Positions 31,849 to 46,672 of a stretch of DNA of 64,000 nucleotides are shown here, piece after piece. This DNA is from Escherichia coli O157:H7 (GTDB lineage Bacteria > Pseudomonadota > Gammaproteobacteria > Enterobacterales > Enterobacteriaceae). Under the pieces are notes generated by a model. It was given only the letters and a program-made list of their open reading frames with translations. It was not told the DNA's origin and did no database searches. Numbering within the stretch: position 1 is the stretch's first letter; each line of letters opens with the position of its first letter. Location of the stretch: NCBI RefSeq assembly GCF_013167455.1, contig NZ_CP038328.1; one strand, given 5' to 3'. A program made the position numbers and the translations under genes.

Positions 31849-31870
31849 GCGATACACTCAATATAAAGGA

Positions 31871-32266
<396 letters not shown>

Positions 32267-32482
32267 TCAAAATGTGTGATGGAAATCTCATAATTTTGTC
32301 ACTTTTTGTCAACGAATCTTTTTTGTGAGAAATCGCAGGAAGAGGTGTTTTTTTACTTGAGGAATATCTCAAAGCGAGCCATATTTGATGAGATCGATAG
32401 TGACTAAATCGCTTCAGTTTCACAACTGACAGAATAAAAAAACGGCAGCTCAAGGGCTGCCGTTTTGTGTTTCAGGTTTCTG

Positions 32483-33220
32483 TTATGTATTGCTGCTGTT
32501 TGCGGCGATGATTTTCGCTACTTTTTCAGCTTGCGCATTCATCTGCATCTGACGGTATGCATTTTCCATCAGCGGCAGCGCATCACGCGTAGCCTGGGTA
32601 TCCGGGTAGTCGCGCAACATGCCTTCTACGCGGTTAACGACGGCAACCCATGCGCCACGTTCTGTATAGTACTCGGCCACGGAGTATTCATATTTCGCCA
32701 GACGATCTTTCAGGAATACCAGACGTTTGGTGGCATCGGTGGTGTACTGACTGTTTGGATAGCCGCGCACCAGTTTGGAAAAGTCACTAAACGCAGCTCG
32801 TGCATGTTGAGGATCGCGATCGCTACGGTCAACGCCAAAGAACCCTTGCAGCGCACTGTCATCCAGCGCCATATTGGTCAGGCCACGCATGTACATGACA
32901 TAATCGATATTCGGATGGGTCGGGTTAAGGCGAATAAAACGATCGATGGCAGCCTGCGCTAACGGCAAATCGGCGTTTTTATAGTAGGCGTAGATGAGAT
33001 CCAGCTGCACCTGCTGCGAATACGGACCAAACGGATAGCGATTATCTAACGCTTCCAGTTGCGTTATTGCCTGTCTCCAGTTACCGTCCTGCAGCTTTTG
33101 TTGTGCAGTCGCGTAAATTTCATTTGGCGGATTATCAGGTACTTCTTCCTTTGACCCCGAGCAACCCGCCAAAAACAGGCTTAGTGTGGCGGCTGCCACC
33201 AGATATTTCATGCGCGTCAT
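32483..33220 (-). CDS. bamD: Outer-membrane protein assembly factor BamD (YfiO), TPR lipoprotein
   Basis: 245-aa ORF with lipobox (LFLAGCS); matches BamD. Confidence 0.95.
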
Positions 33221-33354
33221 GACGTTTTGACTTTCCTCAAAATGTAATACGGGAGATTCTCTGTTCCTGCTCCCGGTTAAGACCAGCTACAATAGCACAC
33301 TATATTAAACGGCAAAGCCGTAAAACCCCAACGATAAACGAAGAAGCAGTATAT

Positions 33355-34335
33355 ATGGCACAACGAGTACAGCTCACTGCAACGGTGTCCGAAAACCAAC
33401 TCGGTCAACGCTTAGATCAGGCTTTGGCCGAAATGTTCCCGGATTATTCACGTTCGCGAATAAAAGAATGGATCCTCGACCAGCGCGTGCTGGTTAACGG
33501 CAAACTTTGTGATAAGCCGAAAGAAAAAGTATTGGGTGGCGAGCAGGTTGCCATCAACGCTGAGATTGAAGAAGAAGCGCGTTTTGAACCGCAGGATATC
33601 CCGCTGGATATCGTCTATGAAGATGAAGATATCATCGTCATTAATAAACCGCGCGATCTGGTGGTACATCCTGGCGCGGGTAACCCGGATGGCACGGTAC
33701 TGAATGCGTTACTTCATTACTATCCGCCCATTGCTGATGTACCGCGTGCAGGCATCGTCCATCGTCTGGATAAAGACACCACTGGCCTGATGGTTGTGGC
33801 AAAAACCGTTCCGGCTCAGACGCGTTTAGTCGAATCTTTGCAAAGGCGTGAAATTACTCGTGAGTATGAAGCGGTGGCAATTGGTCATATGACCGCTGGC
33901 GGTACAGTAGATGAACCAATCAGCCGCCACCCGACCAAACGTACTCACATGGCGGTGCATCCGATGGGCAAACCGGCGGTGACTCACTATCGCATCATGG
34001 AACACTTCCGTGTGCACACGCGTCTGCGGTTGCGTCTGGAAACTGGACGTACGCACCAGATCCGCGTGCATATGGCCCATATCACTCATCCGCTGGTGGG
34101 CGATCCGGTTTATGGTGGCCGTCCGCGCCCGCCAAAAGGTGCTTCGGAAGCGTTTATCTCCACGCTGCGTAAATTTGACCGCCAGGCGCTTCATGCAACC
34201 ATGCTGCGTCTTTATCACCCGATCTCCGGTATCGAAATGGAATGGCATGCGCCTATTCCACAAGATATGGTGGAGCTGATTGAGGTGATGCGCGCCGATT
34301 TCGAAGAGCATAAAGATGAAGTGGACTGGTTATGA
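33355..34335 (+). CDS. rluD: 23S rRNA pseudouridine synthase RluD
   Basis: 326-aa ORF with S4 domain and RluA-family catalytic motif (HRLDKDTTGLMVVAK). Confidence 0.95.
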   Translation: MAQRVQLTATVSENQLGQRLDQALAEMFPDYSRSRIKEWILDQRVLVNGKLCDKPKEKVLGGEQVAINAEIEEEARFEPQDIPLDIVYEDEDIIVINKPRDLVVHPGAGNPDGTVLNALLHYYPPIADVPRAGIVHRLDKDTTGLMVVAKTVPAQTRLVESLQRREITREYEAVAIGHMTAGGTVDEPISRHPTKRTHMAVHPMGKPAVTHYRIMEHFRVHTRLRLRLETGRTHQIRVHMAHITHPLVGDPVYGGRPRPPKGASEAFISTLRKFDRQALHATMLRLYHPISGIEMEWHAPIPQDMVELIEVMRADFEEHKDEVDWL

Positions 34336-35063
34336 GTAAGCTGATTGTCCCGCAGTGGCCGCTGCCAAAAGGTGTTGCGGCCTGTAGCTCTACTCGTATC
34401 GGCGGCGTGAGCTTGCCCCCGTATGACTCGCTCAACCTCGGTGCCCATTGTGGCGATAACCCGGATCACGTTGAGGAGAATCGCAAGCGACTTTTTGCTG
34501 CGGGCAATTTGCCTTCTAAACCGGTCTGGCTTGAGCAGGTACACGGCAAAGATGTGCTTAATCTTACTGGCGAACCTTATGCCTCAAAACGAGCAGATGC
34601 CTCTTATAGCAATACGCCCGGCAGGGTTTGCGCAGTGATGACTGCCGACTGCCTCCCTGTGCTGTTTTGCAATCGAGCGGGAACGGAAGTCGCCGCCGCT
34701 CATGCTGGCTGGCGTGGACTGTGCGCAGGCGTGCTGGAAGAGACAGTTTCCTGTTTTGCTGATAATCCAGAAAATATTCTCGCCTGGTTAGGGCCGGCAA
34801 TTGGCCCACGCGCGTTTGAAGTGGGGGCGGAGGTTCGCGAGGCGTTTATGGCAGTAGACGCCGAAGCGAGTACAGCTTTCATTCAGCATGGTGATAAGTA
34901 TCTGGCGGACATTTATCAGCTTGCCCGGCAGCGTCTGGCGAACGTGGGTGTTGAGCAAATTTTCGGCGGCGACCGTTGTACATATACGGAAAATGAGACT
35001 TTCTTCTCTTATCGTCGCGACAAGACCACCGGTCGTATGGCAAGTTTCATTTGGCTGATATAA
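34332..35063 (+). CDS. yfiH: Purine nucleoside phosphorylase / laccase-domain protein YfiH (PgeF)
   Basis: 243-aa ORF matching YfiH; ATGA overlap with rluD. Confidence 0.9.
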   Translation: MSKLIVPQWPLPKGVAACSSTRIGGVSLPPYDSLNLGAHCGDNPDHVEENRKRLFAAGNLPSKPVWLEQVHGKDVLNLTGEPYASKRADASYSNTPGRVCAVMTADCLPVLFCNRAGTEVAAAHAGWRGLCAGVLEETVSCFADNPENILAWLGPAIGPRAFEVGAEVREAFMAVDAEASTAFIQHGDKYLADIYQLARQRLANVGVEQIFGGDRCTYTENETFFSYRRDKTTGRMASFIWLI

Positions 35064-35125
35064 CCTAAAGAATCAAGACGATCCGGTACGCGTGATTTTC
35101 TTTTCACATTAATCTGGTCAATAAC

Positions 35126-35153
35126 CTTGAATAATTGAGGGATGACCTCATTT
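35126..35153 (+). promoter_or_regulatory. Sigma-32 heat-shock promoter of clpB
   Basis: CCTTGAA – 13 bp – ACCTCATTTA, close to the sigma-32 consensus. Confidence 0.5.
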
Positions 35154-35192
35154 AATCTCCAGTAGCAACTTTGATCCGTTATGGGAGGAGTT

Positions 35193-37766
35193 ATGCGTCT
35201 GGATCGTCTTACTAATAAATTCCAGCTTGCTCTTGCCGATGCCCAATCACTTGCACTTGGGCACGACAACCAATTTATCGAACCACTTCATTTAATGAGC
35301 GCCCTGCTGAATCAGGAAGGGGGTTCGGTTAGTCCTTTATTAACATCCGCTGGCATAAATGCTGGCCAGTTGCGCACAGATATCAATCAGGCATTAAATC
35401 GTTTACCGCAGGTTGAAGGTACTGGTGGTGATGTCCAGCCATCACAGGATCTGGTGCGCGTTCTTAATCTTTGCGACAAGCTGGCGCAAAAACGTGGTGA
35501 TAACTTTATCTCGTCAGAACTGTTCGTTCTGGCGGCACTTGAGTCTCGCGGCACGCTGGCCGACATCCTGAAAGCAGCAGGGGCGACCACCGCCAACATT
35601 ACTCAAGCGATTGAACAAATGCGTGGAGGTGAAAGCGTGAACGATCAAGGTGCTGAAGACCAACGTCAGGCTTTGAAAAAATATACCATCGACCTTACCG
35701 AACGAGCCGAACAGGGCAAACTCGATCCGGTGATTGGTCGTGATGAAGAAATTCGCCGTACCATTCAGGTGCTGCAACGTCGTACTAAAAATAACCCGGT
35801 ACTGATTGGTGAACCCGGCGTCGGTAAAACTGCCATCGTTGAAGGTCTGGCGCAGCGTATTATCAACGGCGAAGTGCCGGAAGGGTTGAAAGGCCGCCGG
35901 GTACTGGCGCTGGATATGGGCGCGCTGGTGGCTGGGGCGAAATATCGCGGTGAGTTTGAAGAACGTTTAAAAGGCGTGCTTAACGATCTTGCCAAACAGG
36001 AAGGCAACGTCATCCTGTTTATCGACGAATTACATACCATGGTCGGCGCGGGTAAAGCCGATGGCGCAATGGACGCCGGAAACATGCTGAAACCGGCGCT
36101 GGCGCGTGGTGAATTGCACTGCGTAGGTGCCACGACGCTTGACGAATATCGCCAGTACATCGAAAAAGATGCTGCGCTGGAACGTCGTTTCCAGAAAGTG
36201 TTTGTTGCCGAGCCTTCTGTTGAAGATACCATTGCGATTCTGCGTGGCCTGAAAGAACGTTACGAATTGCACCACCATGTGCAAATTACTGACCCGGCAA
36301 TTGTTGCAGCGGCGACGTTGTCTCATCGCTACATTGCTGACCGTCAGCTGCCGGATAAAGCCATCGACCTGATCGATGAAGCAGCATCCAGCATTCGTAT
36401 GCAGATTGACTCAAAACCAGAAGAACTCGACCGACTCGATCGCCGTATCATCCAGCTCAAACTGGAACAACAGGCGTTAATGAAAGAGTCTGATGAAGCC
36501 AGTAAAAAACGTCTGGATATGCTCAACGAAGAACTGAGCGACAAAGAACGTCAGTACTCCGAGTTAGAAGAAGAGTGGAAAGCAGAGAAGGCATCGCTTT
36601 CTGGTACGCAGACCATTAAAGCGGAACTGGAACAGGCGAAAATCGCTATTGAACAGGCTCGCCGTGTGGGTGACTTGGCGCGGATGTCTGAACTGCAATA
36701 CGGCAAAATCCCGGAACTGGAAAAGCAACTGGAAGCCGCAACGCAGCTCGAAGGCAAAACTATGCGTCTGTTGCGTAATAAAGTGACCGACGCCGAAATT
36801 GCTGAAGTGCTGGCGCGTTGGACGGGGATTCCGGTTTCTCGCATGATGGAAAGCGAGCGCGAAAAACTGCTGCGTATGGAGCAAGAACTGCACCATCGCG
36901 TAATTGGTCAGAACGAAGCGGTTGATGCGGTATCTAACGCTATTCGTCGTAGCCGTGCGGGGCTGGCGGATCCAAATCGCCCGATTGGTTCATTCCTGTT
37001 CCTCGGCCCAACTGGTGTGGGGAAAACAGAGCTTTGTAAGGCGCTGGCGAACTTTATGTTTGATAGCGACGAGGCGATGGTCCGTATCGATATGTCCGAG
37101 TTTATGGAGAAACACTCGGTGTCTCGTCTGGTTGGTGCGCCTCCGGGATATGTCGGTTATGAAGAAGGTGGCTACCTGACCGAAGCGGTGCGTCGTCGTC
37201 CGTATTCCGTCATCCTGCTGGATGAAGTGGAAAAAGCGCATCCGGATGTCTTCAACATTCTGTTGCAGGTACTGGATGATGGGCGTCTGACTGACGGGCA
37301 AGGGAGAACGGTCGACTTCCGTAATACGGTCGTCATTATGACCTCTAACCTCGGTTCCGATCTGATTCAGGAACGCTTCGGTGAACTGGATTATGCGCAC
37401 ATGAAAGAGCTGGTGCTCGGTGTGGTAAGCCATAACTTCCGTCCGGAGTTCATTAACCGTATCGATGAAGTGGTGGTCTTCCATCCGCTGGGCGAACAGC
37501 ACATTGCCTCGATTGCGCAGATTCAGTTGAAACGTCTGTACAAACGTCTGGAAGAACGTGGTTATGAAATCCACATTTCTGACGAGGCGCTGAAACTGCT
37601 GAGCGAGAACGGTTACGATCCAGTCTATGGTGCACGTCCTTTGAAACGTGCTATCCAGCAGCAGATCGAAAACCCGTTGGCACAGCAAATACTGTCTGGT
37701 GAATTGGTTCCGGGTAAAGTTATTCGCCTGGAAGTTAATGAAGACCGGATTGTCGCCGTCCAGTAA
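35193..37766 (+). CDS. clpB: Chaperone disaggregase ClpB
   Basis: 857-aa product from ATG 35193 ([11 protein letters not shown]…) with RBS GGGAGGAG; two AAA+ modules with Walker A motifs ([16 protein letters not shown]). Confidence 0.95.
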
Positions 37767-37770
37767 TGAT

Positions 37771-37797
37771 AAAACGAGCCCTTCGGGGCTCGTTTTT
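37771..37797 (+). terminator. clpB terminator
   Basis: AAAACGAGCCCTTCGGGGCTCGTTTTT. Confidence 0.7.
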
Positions 37798-37870
37798 GTC
37801 TATAAGTTAGACGGAAAAGACTATATTTAAGATGTTTTGCCTGAAAAATGAGCGAACGATAAAGTTTTTA

Positions 37871-37898
37871 TATTTTTCGCTTGTCAGGCCGGAATAAC
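37871..37898 (+). promoter_or_regulatory. rRNA operon promoter P1
   Basis: TTGTCA – 16 bp – TATAAT followed by GC-rich discriminator (GCGCCACC). Confidence 0.7.
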
Positions 37899-37999
37899 TC
37901 CCTATAATGCGCCACCACTGACACGGAACAACGGCAAACACGCCGCCGGGTCAGCGGGGTTCTCCTGAGAATTCCGGCAGAGAAAGCAAAAATAAATGC

Positions 38000-38077
38000 T
38001 TGACTCTGTAGCGGGAAAGCGTATCATGCACACCCCGCGCCGCTGAGAAAAAGCGAAGCGGCACTGCTCTTTAACAA
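38000..38077 (+). promoter_or_regulatory. rRNA operon promoter P2 and leader boxA antiterminator
   Basis: TTGACT – 16 bp – TATCAT (38000-38027); boxA TGCTCTTTAACAA at 38065-38077. Confidence 0.65.
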
Positions 38078-38208
38078 TTTATCAGACAATCTGTGTGGGC
38101 ACTCGAAGATACGGATTCTTAACGTCGCAAGACGAAAAATGAATACCAAGTCTCAAGAGTGAACACGTAATTCATTACGAAGTTTAATTCTTTGAGCATC
38201 AAACTTTT

Positions 38209-39750
<1,542 letters not shown>

Positions 39751-39835
39751 CCTTAAAGAACTGTACTTTGCAGTGCTCACACAGATTGTCTGATAGAAAG
39801 TGAAAAGCAAGGCGTCTTGCGAAGCAGACTGACAC

Positions 39836-39911
39836 GTCCCCTTCGTCTAGAGGCCCAGGACACCGCCCTTTCACGGCGGTAACAGGGGTTCGAATCCCCT
39901 AGGGGACGCCA
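39836..39911 (+). tRNA. gltW: tRNA-Glu (UUC) in 16S-23S spacer
   Basis: GTCCCCTTCGTCTAGAGGCCCAGGACACCGCCCTTTCACGGCGGTAACAGGGGTTCGAATCCCCTAGGGGACGCCA. Confidence 0.95.
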
Positions 39912-40104
39912 CTTGCTGGTTTGTGAGTGAAAGTCGCCGACCTTAATATCTCAAAACTCATCTTCGGGTGATGTTTGAGATATTTGCTCTTTAAAAATCT
40001 GGATCAAGCTGAAAATTGAAACACTGAACAACGAAAGTTGTTCGTGAGTCTCTCAAATTTTCGCAACATGATGATGAATCGAAAGAAACATCTTCGGGTT
40101 GTGA

Positions 40105-43007
<2,903 letters not shown>

Positions 43008-43099
43008 ACAACGCCGAAGGTGTTTTGGCGGATGAGAGAAGATTTTCGGCCTGATACAGATTAAATCAGAACGCAGAAGCGGTCTGATAAAACAGAATT

Positions 43100-43219
43100 T
43101 GCCTGGCGGCCTTAGCGCGGTGGTCCCACCTGACCCCATGCCGAACTCAGAAGTGAAACGCCGTAGCGCCGATGGTAGTGTGGGGTCTCCCCATGCGAGA
43201 GTAGGGAACTGCCAGGCAT
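43100..43219 (+). rRNA. rrfG: 5S ribosomal RNA
   Basis: TGCCTGGCGGCCTTAGCGCGGTGGTCCCACCTGACCCCATGCCGAACTCAG … CTGCCAGGCAT; 120 nt. Confidence 0.97.
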
Positions 43220-43230
43220 CAAATTAAGCG

Positions 43231-43258
43231 AAAGGCCATCCGTCAGGATGGCCTTTTT
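43231..43258 (+). terminator. rRNA operon terminator
   Basis: AAAGGCCATCCGTCAGGATGGCCTTTTT. Confidence 0.7.
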
Positions 43259-43274
43259 GCGTTGGTGAAAAAAA

Positions 43275-43310
43275 TGCCTGATGCGACGCTGCGCGTCTTA
43301 TACTCCCACA
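43275..43310. repeat. REP-like element (partial)
   Basis: GCCTGATGCGACGCTGCGCGTCTTAT resembles REP consensus (GCCGGATGCGGCG…CGCCTTATCCGGCCTAC). Confidence 0.35.
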
Positions 43311-43539
43311 TATGCCAGATTCAGCAACGGATACGGTTTCCCCAACTTGCCTACTTCCATACGTGTCCTCCTTACCAGAAATTTATCCTTAAGCTCCTCA
43401 ATAACCATTTTCCTGCTAACTAAATTCATGGTTAAGGTTGCATAATGATACGTAACAAATGTATAACATTTTCTTTGCCAAAAGAAATAAACAAAAGCGA
43501 CCGACAAAAGCATCGGATTACGGCAGGAGACATAATGGC

Positions 43540-44838
43540 ATGGCTGAAAGTACTGTAACGGCAGACAGCAAACTGACAAGTAGTGATACTCGTCGCCGCA
43601 TTTGGGCGATTGTGGGGGCCTCTTCAGGTAATCTGGTCGAGTGGTTCGATTTCTATGTCTACTCGTTCTGTTCACTCTACTTTGCCCACATCTTCTTCCC
43701 TTCCGGGAACACGACGACTCAACTACTACAAACAGCAGGTGTTTTTGCTGCGGGATTCCTGATGCGCCCAATAGGCGGTTGGCTATTTGGCCGTATAGCC
43801 GATAAACATGGTCGCAAAAAATCGATGCTGCTATCGGTGTGTATGATGTGTTTCGGCTCACTGGTAATCGCCTGTTTGCCTGGTTATGAAACAATCGGTA
43901 CGTGGGCTCCGGCATTATTGCTTCTCGCGCGTTTATTTCAGGGATTATCCGTTGGCGGAGAATATGGCACCAGCGCCACCTATATGAGTGAAGTTGCCGT
44001 TGAAGGGCGCAAAGGTTTTTACGCATCATTTCAGTATGTGACGTTGATCGGCGGACAACTGCTAGCCCTACTGGTTGTCGTGGTTTTACAACACACCATG
44101 GAAGACTCTGCACTCAGAGAGTGGGGATGGCGTATTCCTTTCGCGTTAGGAGCTGTGTTAGCTGTTGTGGCGTTGTGGTTACGTCGTCAGTTAGATGAAA
44201 CTTCGCAACAAGAAACGCGCGCTTTAAAAGAAGCTGGATCTCTGAAAGGATTATGGCGCAATCGCCGTGCATTCATCATGGTTCTCGGTTTTACCGCTGC
44301 GGGCTCCCTTTGTTTCTATACCTTCACCACTTATATGCAGAAGTATCTGGTAAATACTGCGGGAATGCATGCCAACGTGGCGAGTGGCATTATGACTGCC
44401 GCATTGTTTGTATTCATGCTTATTCAACCACTCATTGGCGCGCTGTCGGATAAGATTGGTCGCCGTACCTCAATGTTATGTTTCGGTTCGCTGGCAGCCA
44501 TTTTTACCGTTCCTATTCTCTCAGCATTGCAAAACGTTTCCTCGCCTTATGCCGCTTTTGGTCTGGTGATGTGTGCCCTGCTGATAGTGAGTTTTTATAC
44601 ATCAATCAGTGGAATACTGAAGGCTGAGATGTTCCCGGCACAGGTTCGCGCATTAGGCGTTGGTCTGTCATATGCGGTCGCTAATGCTATATTTGGTGGT
44701 TCGGCGGAGTACGTAGCGTTGTCGCTGAAATCAATAGGAATGGAAACAGCCTTCTTCTGGTATGTGACCTTGATGGCCGTGGTGGCGTTTCTGGTTTCTT
44801 TGATGCTACATCGCAAAGGGAAGGGGATGCGTCTTTAG
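43540..44838 (+). CDS. kgtP: Alpha-ketoglutarate permease (MFS transporter)
   Basis: 432-aa product starting [39 protein letters not shown]…; ORF-track upstream extension rejected. Confidence 0.9.
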   Translation: MAESTVTADSKLTSSDTRRRIWAIVGASSGNLVEWFDFYVYSFCSLYFAHIFFPSGNTTTQLLQTAGVFAAGFLMRPIGGWLFGRIADKHGRKKSMLLSVCMMCFGSLVIACLPGYETIGTWAPALLLLARLFQGLSVGGEYGTSATYMSEVAVEGRKGFYASFQYVTLIGGQLLALLVVVVLQHTMEDSALREWGWRIPFALGAVLAVVALWLRRQLDETSQQETRALKEAGSLKGLWRNRRAFIMVLGFTAAGSLCFYTFTTYMQKYLVNTAGMHANVASGIMTAALFVFMLIQPLIGALSDKIGRRTSMLCFGSLAAIFTVPILSALQNVSSPYAAFGLVMCALLIVSFYTSISGILKAEMFPAQVRALGVGLSYAVANAIFGGSAEYVALSLKSIGMETAFFWYVTLMAVVAFLVSLMLHRKGKGMRL

Positions 44839-45179
44839 TGACGGGTCAGTTGCCAGACGGTATAGCCGGTGCTTGCACCGGCGACATCCCAGGCCAAATC
44901 CTTCCAGCTCCAGCCGCTCCCTTCGGGGCGGCTATCCCAAAACTCTTTTGACGCCCCCAAACTGACAGAGAACATCAAACCAAACATGGCACTGCGATCC
45001 CGGCTCATCCCCTGATGCTGTGAATATTCATTTCCGGCGGCGGAAAGCATCGCCGAGGCGATAAAGTGTTGAGCTTTATCCTGCCCGCTCCAGCTATCGT
45101 TAGCCATATGGCTGCATCCAGAAAGTAACAATAGCGAACAGACAAAAAGAATACGCAAAACGTGGCCTCCAAAAAACAA
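44835..45179 (-). CDS. yfiM: Lipoprotein YfiM
   Basis: 114-aa ORF with lipobox (LLLLSGCS). Confidence 0.75.
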   Translation of the reverse strand: MFFGGHVLRILFVCSLLLLSGCSHMANDSWSGQDKAQHFIASAMLSAAGNEYSQHQGMSRDRSAMFGLMFSVSLGASKEFWDSRPEGSGWSWKDLAWDVAGASTGYTVWQLTRH

Positions 45180-45203
45180 ACCCCGTACAGGACGGGGTTG
45201 TGA

Positions 45204-46559
45204 TTACAGGATGCGGCTAATTAATCGGTCGATGCGGATACGGCGCAAACGGCGGATGAGTTTACGAACCTTCACCGGATAATCGGCAATACTTTGCAGA
45301 TCGCGATAGTGCTTAACGATGGTGGTATGCTCGCGGATCAGCTCCAGTTCTTTCTCTCGCTGCGGCGCAAGCTCCAGTTGTGGATCGTGGATCAAAATGG
45401 CGTTTTCCAGATCCAGACGCCAGGCGCGCGGGTTCAGGTTATTACCGGTGATCAACATCCACTTATCATCAACCCACATCCCTTTTAGGTGATAGGTGTT
45501 GTCGTCATCTTTCCATAACCGAACCACTAGCTGGTCAGTATTGACGTAATACTGCAAACGGCTCAGGAAACGACGCAGATTGATCTCATAGAGATAAGGC
45601 AATGCGCCAATTATCTTGAAAGGTTCATCTTCCGGAATGTAGAAGTCGTTCGCGGTTTTATCACCAACAATAATTTCGACCTTTTTCCCTTCGCGCAGCA
45701 ACTGGATAATATTGCGCACAAGGATTGCTGGCAGGTTGAAGTATGGCGTACAGATGGTTAGTTTCTGCTCGGCACAAGGCATAAGATGGAAAATGGTCTT
45801 GTTCAACAGACTCGATTTCCCCAGCCCCACTAGCGGCGTTACGGAAAGCTGATCGTTGTCGGCATCGCCCTGGAAATGATAAGCGGCATCACGCAGCTCC
45901 TGGCGGAACAGACGAATATCGTTCTTGATTTCCGGGCTTTTTGGCCGATTAACATCATCCAGACGATTAACGCCGCGGCCATTCATAATATTCTGTGTAA
46001 CCCATTCAAACATAATGTCTGACATCTTACGGTTACGGATAAGATGATAACGGTCGTAGCGATATTTATCGTGCTGATGCAGGTAAACATCGTTCAGGCT
46101 GGCACCGCTATAAAGTACGCTATCGTCGATGATAAAGCCTTTAAAGTGCAGAACACCAAGGGCTTCACGGGTATTGATTGGAACGCCATAAACCGGAACA
46201 TCTACGCCCGGATTTTCCTGCGCCATGCGACAGTACCAGTCAGCGTTAGTGTTAGATGCCGCAGCGCCAATGCGTCCACGTTGTGCACGATGCCAGTCGA
46301 CCAGCACCCGCACATCCAGTTCCGGACGCTGCCTTTTAGCTTCATACAACGCGTTCAGAATGCCTTTGCCACCGTCATCCTGTTCGAGATACAGGGCGAC
46401 AATGCAAATGCGCTGCTTCGCGCTGGCTATTTTTTCCAGCAGCGTCTCCCGGAAGTCGGCGGGAGCGTAAAAGAAATCGACATCATCAACTGATTGAGAA
46501 ATCTTGGGTAGTTGGGCAAGGTGTTGTTGATGTTTATTACGCTTAAATTTTGACAACAT
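45204..46559 (-). CDS. pssA: CDP-diacylglycerol–serine O-phosphatidyltransferase (phosphatidylserine synthase)
   Basis: 451-aa product starting MLSKFKRNKHQQHLAQLP… with two PLD-type HxK motifs (HFKGFIID, HLKGMWVDD). Confidence 0.9.
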   Translation of the reverse strand: MLSKFKRNKHQQHLAQLPKISQSVDDVDFFYAPADFRETLLEKIASAKQRICIVALYLEQDDGGKGILNALYEAKRQRPELDVRVLVDWHRAQRGRIGAAASNTNADWYCRMAQENPGVDVPVYGVPINTREALGVLHFKGFIIDDSVLYSGASLNDVYLHQHDKYRYDRYHLIRNRKMSDIMFEWVTQNIMNGRGVNRLDDVNRPKSPEIKNDIRLFRQELRDAAYHFQGDADNDQLSVTPLVGLGKSSLLNKTIFHLMPCAEQKLTICTPYFNLPAILVRNIIQLLREGKKVEIIVGDKTANDFYIPEDEPFKIIGALPYLYEINLRRFLSRLQYYVNTDQLVVRLWKDDDNTYHLKGMWVDDKWMLITGNNLNPRAWRLDLENAILIHDPQLELAPQREKELELIREHTTIVKHYRDLQSIADYPVKVRKLIRRLRRIRIDRLISRIL

Positions 46560-46672
46560 CACAGTGCATTTCTTCTCTGTTCATTGAAGGGTCCTCTGTG
46601 CAATGCAGACGACATAAGCGTGCAATAATAACACCAGTCCCGATTAAGTGGTCAACATTTCCAGTACCTTAC